64,000 bases of DNA, taken from positions 76,643 to 140,642 of the forward strand of contig JBGRQE010000004.1 of assembly GCA_041725955.1 (NCBI GenBank), given 5' to 3'. Of the stretch, positions 20,165-28,042 are shown piece after piece. Both the position numbers and the translations under genes were made by a program. Under the pieces are notes generated by a model. It saw nothing but the letters and a program-made list of their open reading frames with translations. It was not told where the DNA came from and made no database searches. Each line of letters begins with the position of its first letter. The first letter of the stretch is position 1. Source of the DNA: Bacteroidales bacterium (GTDB lineage: Bacteria > Bacteroidota > Bacteroidia > Bacteroidales > JBGRPZ01).

Positions 20165-21334
20165 TTAGTATTCAAAAGTACCATTAGGAGTTTTTACACT
20201 CACTTTTTTTCCTTCATATTTTTCGCAACGACCAATTACTTGAGCTTTAACACCAAAAGATTCACTTATTGAAATTATATCGTTTGCAATATCTTTAGAA
20301 ACATAAATCTCCATTCTATGGCCCATATTGAAAACTTTATACATTTCCTTCCATGGAGTTTGTGATTGCTCCTGAATCATTTTGAATAGAGGAGGAATTG
20401 GCAACATATTGTCTTTAATTATATGTAGATTATCGACAAAATGAAGAACTTTAGTTTGTGCTCCACCACTACAATGTACCATTCCGTGAATTTGAGAACG
20501 ATAATTCTCTAATATCTTTGCAATTATTGGGGCATAAGTGCGAGTAGGAGCAAGTACTAATTTTCCAGCATCAACACCTTCAACCTCGGTTGAATCGGTT
20601 AGTTTAACATTTCCTGAGTAAATTAAATCTTCAGGAACAGAAGGGTCGTAACTTTCGGTATACTTAGTCGCATATATTTTATTGAATACATCATGACGTG
20701 CTGAGGTTAAGCCATTGCTACCCATGCCACCATTGTATTCATTTTCGTACTTTGCCTGTCCATAAGATTCAAGCCCTACAATTACATCGCCTGTCTGAAT
20801 GTTGTGGTTTGAGATTACATCATCTCTCTTCATTCTTGCAGTTACTGTTGAATCGACAATAATTGTTCGAACCAAATCACCTACATCTGCAGTTTCTCCT
20901 CCTGTACTATGAATGCCTATACCTAATTGACGCATTTCTTCCAAGAATTCTTCGGTTCCGTTTATTATAGCAGAAATAACTTCTCCTGGAATAAGGTTTT
21001 TATTTCTTCCAATTGTTGAGGATAACAAGATATTATCTATTGCTCCGACACACAAAAGATCATCTAGGTTCATAACGATAGCATCTTGTGCAATACCTTT
21101 CCATACAGATAAGTCTCCGGTCTCTTTCCAGTATAAATAGGCTAATGAAGATTTTGTTCCGGCACCATCTGCATGCATAATATTGCAGTAATCTGAGTCG
21201 CCCATAAGGATATCAGGAATTACTTTACAGAATGCTTTTGGGAACAGGCCTTTGTCTATGTTCTTGATGGCATTATGCACATCTTCTTTCGAAGCGGAAA
21301 CTCCGCGTTGGTTATAGCGCAAACTATCGCTCAT
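20165..21334 (-). CDS. purM: AIR synthase-related protein / phosphoribosylformylglycinamidine cyclo-ligase (long Bacteroidota form)
   Basis: PurM-like ADGAGTKS motif and two-domain AIR-synthase layout. ATG at 21334 (MSDSLRYNQRGVSASKEDV) preferred over 21367. Confidence 0.8.
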   Translation of the reverse strand: MSDSLRYNQRGVSASKEDVHNAIKNIDKGLFPKAFCKVIPDILMGDSDYCNIMHADGAGTKSSLAYLYWKETGDLSVWKGIAQDAIVMNLDDLLCVGAIDNILLSSTIGRNKNLIPGEVISAIINGTEEFLEEMRQLGIGIHSTGGETADVGDLVRTIIVDSTVTARMKRDDVISNHNIQTGDVIVGLESYGQAKYENEYNGGMGSNGLTSARHDVFNKIYATKYTESYDPSVPEDLIYSGNVKLTDSTEVEGVDAGKLVLAPTRTYAPIIAKILENYRSQIHGMVHCSGGAQTKVLHFVDNLHIIKDNMLPIPPLFKMIQEQSQTPWKEMYKVFNMGHRMEIYVSKDIANDIISISESFGVKAQVIGRCEKYEGKKVSVKTPNGTFEY

Positions 21335-21364
21335 TTTAGATATGGGTTTATAAATTATATGGGG

Positions 21365-21372
21365 CAAAGGTA
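21365..21372 (-). promoter_or_regulatory. -7 box TACCTTTG upstream of purM
   Basis: Matches TAnnTTTG on the minus strand, 30 nt upstream of ATG 21334 and downstream of the 21408-21434 minus-strand terminator. Confidence 0.4.
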
Positions 21373-21407
21373 AACTTTTTGTAATTGTTTACAGAAAGAA
21401 ATGCGTC

Positions 21408-21527
21408 AAAAAAAAGCTACCCCTTAAGGGTAGCTTTGACTTACTTATTGTTGTTGGCTTATGAGCATGAAGGGAAACCTGAATGGATTACCCCATCTTT
21501 TGCGGCGGCAAGATGGGCTTTTTTTTT
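21408..21527. ncRNA. orphan small transcript candidate bounded by two opposite-facing intrinsic terminators (strand ambiguous)
   Basis: Hairpin 21416-21434 is preceded by A8, which reads as a minus-strand terminator. Hairpin 21492-21517 is followed by T9, which reads as a plus-strand terminator. A ~57-nt spacer separates them. No ORF. Confidence 0.3.
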
Positions 21528-21913
21528 GATATAGCAAATAGTTTTTCTTTATTAATTGAATTTACTTTTTTCGTTTCTTTTTCTTAATATCTTTCGTTTT
21601 ATTTTAATAGACTTTCTTTCTTTTATTTATAAATTATTGATGCTACCTTGTTTTTGTCTTGAATCATTATCTGAATAGCCTATTCTTTTGGATTTATAAT
21701 TTTAAGTTGTATGAAAAAAACATTCTTAATTTTTATACTCCTGTTTCATTGAGATAAACTTGCCGATGTATGTTTGTGAGAAGATATAAAATGGAAATCG
21801 ATAGAATTGTCATTTTACATTAATTTTCTTATTGAAGATTTTTCTGCCAATGATATGCCCGATCTTTTTGAAGTTAAAAATCTGAGATGTCTTTTGATTA
21901 AACTAAAACGGAA

Positions 21914-21953
21914 TAATCACAAATACCATCAAGTTTTGTGATTATTTTTTTTT
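21914..21953 (+). terminator. orphan plus-strand terminator in the purM/BspA intergenic region
   Basis: AATCACAAA / TTTGTGATT stem (21914-21943) followed by T9. No intact plus-strand gene upstream. Confidence 0.6.
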
Positions 21954-22073
21954 ACTCTTTAAGAAAGAAAGGGTTATAGGTATGTTTGATTGTTTTTGTT
22001 AAATTGTGCTATTCTTTGGAGTGTAGTTTTAAAATTTAAATTCTATCAACCTGTAAATAATTTCTAATAACGT

Positions 22074-23390
22074 ATGAAAAAGTCTTTATTAATAATTTTA
22101 TTGGGAGCTTTATTTCCCTGCTTTTTAATTGCTCAAAAGCCTTTTGTTGCAAAATGGAGATCAGATAAAAATGGTCTTGTAAAAATTTTCACTAGTGAAG
22201 AATTTAAATATAAATTTTCTGTCGATTGGGATAATGATGGGATTTATGATGAATCTAATATTGATTGTAGTATAAGCCATCAGTATAATGGAAAAAGCAA
22301 AGATTATACAATAGCCATTAAAGGCGATTTTCCTCATATAAATTATCAAAATTTTCTTGTTGATGTATGCCAGTGGGGAGATATTAAATGGAAATCAATG
22401 GAAATGGCCTTTCTTAAAAATGATCTTATAGAATATTTTTCGGCAGAAGATGTTCCTAATCTTCTAGATGTAAAAAGTATTAGATCCATGCTTTATGGAG
22501 CAACTAAGTTTAATGGAGATATTGGTAGGTGGGATGTGTCGTCTGTTGAAATTATGTATGGTTTATTTTTAGGTGCCAGTATGTTTAATAAAGATCTTAG
22601 CGATTGGGATGTTTCCAAAGTGAAAGACATGAGTTTGATGTTTGCTGATGCTTTGTCATTTAACCAGAACTTAAATGATTGGGATGTTGGAAAAGTTAAA
22701 ACAATGGAAGGAATGTTTTATGGAGCAAAAACTTTTAATCAAGATATAGGAAACTGGAATGTTTCCAGAGTAGATAATATGAGTTTTATGTTTACCAATG
22801 CACTGATGTTTGATCAGAATTTAAGTGATTGGAATGTTGGAAATGTTAATTCAATGAGAAATATGTTTTCTGGGGCAAAAAAATTTCAAGGGGAAATAAG
22901 TTTATGGGATATAGTAGGTGTTTATGATATGGCTAATATGTTTACAGATGTGAGTCTTTCAACTGAAGTGTATAATCGTATACTTATTGCTTGGAGTGAA
23001 TTACCAGTAACCTTCCATATTTGGTTTAATGCGGGCAATACTTATTTTTCAGGTGAGGAAGCACGCAAGGCTCGTGAAAAACTGACCAATGAGTGTGATT
23101 GGATAATTACCGATTTGGGTGAAAAGACTGTTGGCATTGAAGAAAATAAAGAAAATTTAGAAAAGAAAACACTTATTTATCCAAACCCAAGTTGTGGTAA
23201 AATATATCTTCAAATTCCTGATATTAAGCAATGGCCTATTGAAATTCGGATCATAAATTCAAAAGGATTTGAGGTTTATAATAAAATCTGTTCAAATTCT
23301 AACATCCAATTGAATTTGGATTCAGGTGTTTATGTAATGATTTTAAGACAAGAAGATAAGATTTATACTGAGAAATTGGTGATCAAGTAG
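22074..23390 (+). CDS. BspA-type (DUF285) leucine-rich-repeat surface protein with T9SS C-terminal sorting domain
   Basis: Signal peptide. About seven tandem ~25-aa repeats (FNxDLSDWDVSKVxxMxxMF). C-terminal ~75 aa (LIYPNPSCGKIYLQ...VYVMILRQEDKIYTEKLVIK) resemble a type-A Por/T9SS CTD. Confidence 0.8.
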   Translation: MKKSLLIILLGALFPCFLIAQKPFVAKWRSDKNGLVKIFTSEEFKYKFSVDWDNDGIYDESNIDCSISHQYNGKSKDYTIAIKGDFPHINYQNFLVDVCQWGDIKWKSMEMAFLKNDLIEYFSAEDVPNLLDVKSIRSMLYGATKFNGDIGRWDVSSVEIMYGLFLGASMFNKDLSDWDVSKVKDMSLMFADALSFNQNLNDWDVGKVKTMEGMFYGAKTFNQDIGNWNVSRVDNMSFMFTNALMFDQNLSDWNVGNVNSMRNMFSGAKKFQGEISLWDIVGVYDMANMFTDVSLSTEVYNRILIAWSELPVTFHIWFNAGNTYFSGEEARKAREKLTNECDWIITDLGEKTVGIEENKENLEKKTLIYPNPSCGKIYLQIPDIKQWPIEIRIINSKGFEVYNKICSNSNIQLNLDSGVYVMILRQEDKIYTEKLVIK

Positions 23391-23486
23391 GTTTTGTGTG
23401 ATCAAAGCTTTTAATCAAGAAAATGTTTTTATTAGGCATGCCGACTTTCAAAATTATTTTTAGTTTATTTATAAATTATGATATAT

Positions 23487-23524
23487 AAAAAATAAGCTAC
23501 CCCAAAAGGCAGCTTATTTTTTTG
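23487..23524. terminator. bidirectional terminator between the BspA-like and OmpA-family genes
   Basis: A-run - AATAAGCTACC...GGCAGCTTATT - T7 (one mismatch). Confidence 0.75.
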
Positions 23525-23552
23525 ACTGTAAAGTCTATATTAAAAAACAATT

Positions 23553-26000
23553 TTATTTAAAGATAAGTTTCTTCTCTGTTCTGTCAAATTGGAATTTGCC
23601 AAATTCTGATAATAATTTTTGACCAAAGACAATAGGATTCTTTTGATTTACTCGTACTGAGAATTCAACATCATACATTACCTTATTGGCAATTCGTATT
23701 TCTGAAACAATAAATTTGGAGTTGTTCTTTACAGTTCCTTCTGCAAGAATCTTTTCTGCGTCACCTATAAAGTTCTCTTTTCCTACCAAGCCTCTTGACA
23801 ACCAATCTTTGATAGTTGCAAGATTAACAGAAGGAGACGAGAATTTCTCGTAATAGAATTCCTGAGTATATCCATTTATGTTACATGGAATAATCATGAT
23901 TCCTGTTTTAGCTTGAGTTTTAAAGGCAACAGAATTGTCATCAGGATTCATAACAATGGTAACTGAATCGAGAGATGGATTTTGATTAGCATCAAAGTTT
24001 TTGCTTAAAACTCTAAATTCTGTACGACGGTTAAGTTCGTAGGCCAGCTCTTTCTCTTTCGGATCTTTGATGGTATTTATATAATCTTCATTTAAAAGAG
24101 TGCCTTTTTTGAATAAGAATCCATCGCGTACAATATCTTTCTTTAATCTACGGGGAACTCTTTCACCATAACCTTTTGCAACCAGACGAGCAGGTTCAAT
24201 TCCTCGATCAACTAAATAGTCAACAGCAGATTGAGCACGTTTTTGTGATAGAATATCATTGCTTTCTTCAGAACCACGAGGGTCGGTATGAGAAGCTAAC
24301 TCAACTCTTACATTTGGGTTTTCATCTAAAGTAGTAATTAGGCCTTGAAGAGAATCCTGATACTGTTCTTTAAGATCCCATTTTGCTAAATCGTATAGAA
24401 TGTCAGGAAGAACCACAGATTCTGTAGGAATAGGCATAATCATTTTGTCAACAGTAAAATCTTTGCCACCTTCCATACCTACAGTTGTTTCTTTTGCTTT
24501 GGTGTTAAAGAAATTTTCCTTGGTAAAGATTAACTCATAAGAAGTGTTTGGCAAAACCTGACTCTTACCAAAGGTATAAAAACCTTTGTCGTTAGTAATC
24601 GTAGAGGCAACTGTTCCATTACTTCCCACAAGTCTTACTTTTATATTTGCTGCAAATTGCAACGATCTTTCATTTTTAACTGTACCACTGATCGTAAATT
24701 CCAATGGAGGTACATAAACTTCAAAAATATTGTCGTATCCTCTGCTGTTACTGCGATTCGAGGATAAGAACCCATTATCACTATCCTTCTGAAATACGAT
24801 ACCAAAGTCGTCACCTTCAGAGTTTATTGGAGCGCCAAGATTTTCAGGTTCTCCCCAACTACCATCAGATAAACGATGTGAAACAAAAATATCAAGACCT
24901 CCCATTCCAGGGTGTCCGTCGGATGAGAAAAATAAGGTGCTATCATTTTTCAGGAAAGGAAAAACCTCGTTGCCAGGAGTATTGATTATAGGGCCTAAGT
25001 TTTGAGGGCGTAAAAACTTTTCGGTTTTTGATTTCCTTACAGCATAGTAAAGGTCATGTTCTCCAAAAGAGTTTTTTAATCTTCCAGAAAAAATAATCAT
25101 TTTTTCATCGGCAGTTAGAGTAGGGTGACCTACAATATCCAAAGAATCAACACCATTAATTTCGACAACTTTAGGATCGCCCCAGCTACCCCCAGTGCGT
25201 TTAGAATACATAATAATACAACCGTTTTCTTGCGACTTGCGATTAGGACAACGGGTAAAATACATGGTGTTTCCACGGTCGTTGATAAAAGGGGAGCCTT
25301 CATTGCCTTTAGAGTTTACAATTTCCTCTTCATCAACAGGTACGGGGGTGCTCCATTCTCCTTTACGATCTTTTTTAGCAGTAAAAAGGTCACTGAAATT
25401 TTGATCAGTCCAAGCATCTTTTTCTTTTCCTTTACCACCATCACGAGTAGAGGTAAATACGATTTCATTATAATTATCGCTGATATAAGCAGGAGAGAAA
25501 TCTGATGCTGTGGTTGAGTTTATGTCTTTAATTTTTGTTATTGTATATTTAGAACGGCCATTTGTCCATTCTGGAATTTTTTCGACAGAAATAATACCAT
25601 TGGTTCCCCGAATGTCATCTGGTTCAATTTCATTATATGCTTTGTATTGTACAAGAGCATCATCATACATTTTTCTTTTTTTCAGTGCATCGGCATAGTA
25701 TAAAACAATTTCAGGTTGCTTTAATTGGTAGTCGGCTTTTATTAATCGTTTAAGATAAGGAATCAGTCTCTTATATTGATTGGTAAAGCGGTAGCACTCT
25801 GCAATCTGAAAATTGATATCGTTTTTCTTATCTCTATCTTTGGTCTTTTTGTAGGCCTTTTTATATTTTTCAATTGCATGGTAATACTCATTTTTTGAAA
25901 ATGCCTGATCAGCCGCCCTAAGGGCAAGCTTTTGGCCATAACCAAAATTCGAGCATGCTACCAAAGCTACAAATAAAGCTATGATTCTGAAAATCTTCAT
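23553..26000 (-). CDS. OmpA-family protein with TPR, TolB-like beta-propeller, CarboxypepD_reg-like and OmpA-like domains
   Basis: 815 aa. Signal peptide, TPR-like N-terminus, WD40/TolB-like repeats (NSxGxExSPFIS-type), TISGTVKNE beta-sandwich, OmpA-like block (VELASHTDPRGSEESNDILSQKRAQSAVDYL...NRRTEFRVL), then an extra ~150-aa tail. Confidence 0.85.
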   Translation of the reverse strand: MKIFRIIALFVALVACSNFGYGQKLALRAADQAFSKNEYYHAIEKYKKAYKKTKDRDKKNDINFQIAECYRFTNQYKRLIPYLKRLIKADYQLKQPEIVLYYADALKKRKMYDDALVQYKAYNEIEPDDIRGTNGIISVEKIPEWTNGRSKYTITKIKDINSTTASDFSPAYISDNYNEIVFTSTRDGGKGKEKDAWTDQNFSDLFTAKKDRKGEWSTPVPVDEEEIVNSKGNEGSPFINDRGNTMYFTRCPNRKSQENGCIIMYSKRTGGSWGDPKVVEINGVDSLDIVGHPTLTADEKMIIFSGRLKNSFGEHDLYYAVRKSKTEKFLRPQNLGPIINTPGNEVFPFLKNDSTLFFSSDGHPGMGGLDIFVSHRLSDGSWGEPENLGAPINSEGDDFGIVFQKDSDNGFLSSNRSNSRGYDNIFEVYVPPLEFTISGTVKNERSLQFAANIKVRLVGSNGTVASTITNDKGFYTFGKSQVLPNTSYELIFTKENFFNTKAKETTVGMEGGKDFTVDKMIMPIPTESVVLPDILYDLAKWDLKEQYQDSLQGLITTLDENPNVRVELASHTDPRGSEESNDILSQKRAQSAVDYLVDRGIEPARLVAKGYGERVPRRLKKDIVRDGFLFKKGTLLNEDYINTIKDPKEKELAYELNRRTEFRVLSKNFDANQNPSLDSVTIVMNPDDNSVAFKTQAKTGIMIIPCNINGYTQEFYYEKFSSPSVNLATIKDWLSRGLVGKENFIGDAEKILAEGTVKNNSKFIVSEIRIANKVMYDVEFSVRVNQKNPIVFGQKLLSEFGKFQFDRTEKKLIFK

Positions 26001-26068
26001 GTCTTATTGTTCTATATTATGTATTTTATTCGGAATAGTGCCTTACTATAACGTTGTTAATTAGAAGT

Positions 26069-26314
26069 TTATTTATTCGTTTTTTTTTCTTCTGTAGAAT
26101 TTGATGTTTGTTCTTTTTCTTCTATATGGTCAATTTTGTCGATTTCGTTGTTGATTTCATCTTTGATTTGGTAAGAAGCTTTTTTTACTTCAGCCCAGGC
26201 TTTTCCAAATTTTCTTGCCATTTCTGGTATTTTTTTTGGTCCAAAAACTACCACAATAGCAAAAATAATGAGAAGAAGTTCCATACCACCAATGTCCAAA
26301 AAGATAAGGATCAT
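26069..26314 (-). CDS. tatA: twin-arginine translocase TatA/TatE family subunit
   Basis: 81 aa from ATG 26314. GGMELLLIIFAIVVVFGPKKIPEMARKFGKAW matches the TatA TM plus amphipathic helix pattern. The ORF-track start at 26386 is over-extended. Confidence 0.8.
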   Translation of the reverse strand: MILIFLDIGGMELLLIIFAIVVVFGPKKIPEMARKFGKAWAEVKKASYQIKDEINNEIDKIDHIEEKEQTSNSTEEKKTNK

Positions 26315-26455
26315 TTTTTTGAAATTTTTATGAATAGCAAATTTAATAAGTATTTTGAAATGAAGAAGAGCTTTTGTATCATACAAGCTTGCAATTGAGC
26401 GTTTTTTTATTTCTATCTAAAGTTACAATGAGTATTCTTTGAATAATAAATTATT

Positions 26456-27946
26456 ATGCAGAAAAAAGATGAATTAAGATCAATTATGTTAGTGGGTACA
26501 GGCTCTGATGTTGGCAAAAGCCTTATTTGTGCTGGATTAGGACGTTTATTTTATCAGGATGGCTATTGTCCAGCTCCTTTTAAAGCACAAAATATGTCGC
26601 TAAATAGTTATCCAACCCTAGATGGATTGGAAATTGGCCGAGCTCAAGCTGTACAAGCAGAAGCTTGTAAACTTTCTTGCCGTGTAGAAATGAATCCTAT
26701 TTTGTTAAAGCCAACAACTGATCAAAAATCTCAGGTAATTTTAAATGGAAAAGTTATAGGTAATCAAACAGCAAGAGAGTATTTTTTAGGGAAAGATAGG
26801 GATAAACTTTTCGAGGAAGTTTCGAAATCATATACTCGTCTTGCCAATGAATTCAATCCTGTTGTGCTAGAAGGGGCAGGTAGTATTTCGGAGTTGAATC
26901 TTAAAGATAAAGATATTGTTAATATGAGAATGGCTTTAGCTTCAGATGCTGCTGTTTATATTGTTGCAGATATTGATCGTGGAGGTGTTTTTGGTAGCTT
27001 ATATGGAACTATGGAGTTATTGGATGAGAAAGAAAGGGCACAAATTGAGGGAATCATAATAAATAAATTTCGGGGAGATATATCTTTGTTTGATTCAGGC
27101 ATCGAAACTTTAGAGCGTATTTGTAAGGTTCCTGTTGTAGGTGTTTTACCTTTTTTTAGAGATATTTATATTGAAGAAGAAGATTCTGTTGGTCTAAAAC
27201 AATTTTACTATCAAGATAAAGGGGATTTAATTAATATAGCTGTTGTTCTTTTAGATAAAATGTCGAACTTTACAGACTTCAATGTTTTAGAGCGGCATCC
27301 TTTAGTGAATTTATTTTATACCGACCGTTCAGAAGATTTAGATAAAGCCCAAATTATCATATTGCCAGGTTCAAAGAATACAATTTCAGATTTACAGTCA
27401 TTACGGAAAAAGAAATTAGATAATGAAGTTATAAATGCTGCAAAATCAGGAAAAACTGTAATTGGAATTTGTGGTGGATATCAAATGTTGGGGAATCATA
27501 TTTATGATCCCAAATGCATAGAGGGTAATCTTAAAGAAACAAAAGGGCTTGGATTATTACCAATAACTACTACTATTTCGGAAGAGAAGATCTGTAGACA
27601 ACGAACCTTTTGTTTCCGTTATGATGAGCAAACGCATAGTGCAAATGAAGCATATGAGATTCATATGGGAGAAACCACTCTAAAACATGATAGTTATATG
27701 AATATCCTTGATGACGGAAGTTATGAAGGTTGTTTTATATCTCCAAAAATATGGGGTAGTTATTTACATGGAATTCTTGATAATTCGTGTGTGATAAAAA
27801 GTTTGTTATCTCCTTACTCTCATTGTGTAACAGATGATTTTGTGAATTATAAAGAGTTTAAGGATAAAGAGTATGATCGTTTAGCTTCTGTAATTAGGAA
27901 GCATTTAAATATGAATCTCGTGTATAAAGCTTTAAAAAAGTTTTGA
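26456..27946 (+). CDS. cobQ: cobyric acid synthase
   Basis: 496 aa. N-terminal P-loop-like GTGSDVGKS (CobQ/CobB/MinD type), C-terminal GATase-1 with ICGGYQMLG nucleophile and YLHGIL. Confidence 0.9.
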   Translation: MQKKDELRSIMLVGTGSDVGKSLICAGLGRLFYQDGYCPAPFKAQNMSLNSYPTLDGLEIGRAQAVQAEACKLSCRVEMNPILLKPTTDQKSQVILNGKVIGNQTAREYFLGKDRDKLFEEVSKSYTRLANEFNPVVLEGAGSISELNLKDKDIVNMRMALASDAAVYIVADIDRGGVFGSLYGTMELLDEKERAQIEGIIINKFRGDISLFDSGIETLERICKVPVVGVLPFFRDIYIEEEDSVGLKQFYYQDKGDLINIAVVLLDKMSNFTDFNVLERHPLVNLFYTDRSEDLDKAQIIILPGSKNTISDLQSLRKKKLDNEVINAAKSGKTVIGICGGYQMLGNHIYDPKCIEGNLKETKGLGLLPITTTISEEKICRQRTFCFRYDEQTHSANEAYEIHMGETTLKHDSYMNILDDGSYEGCFISPKIWGSYLHGILDNSCVIKSLLSPYSHCVTDDFVNYKEFKDKEYDRLASVIRKHLNMNLVYKALKKF

Positions 27947-28042
27947 CATTAACATAAAAGGCAATATTATTGCCTATTCGAAATAAGGATTTCCCATCCC
28001 CATGTTTAAAAATTTAATGGTAAAGAAATATAGCATTCTAGC

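Noticed and set aside
21335-21530. ZTP (pfl), purine or PRPP-type riboswitch in the purM upstream region.
   Set aside because: I could not find the conserved cores, such as the CCGCCUGGG-type pseudoknot segment of ZTP or the purine three-way-junction consensus. The region is kept only as an unclassified sRNA or attenuator candidate.
26387-26455. Cobalamin riboswitch upstream of cobQ, and a glycine riboswitch upstream of the AGCS symporter (9588-9649).
   Set aside because: The intergenic gaps are only 69 and 62 bp. That is too short for either aptamer, and no B12-box or glycine-aptamer consensus is visible.
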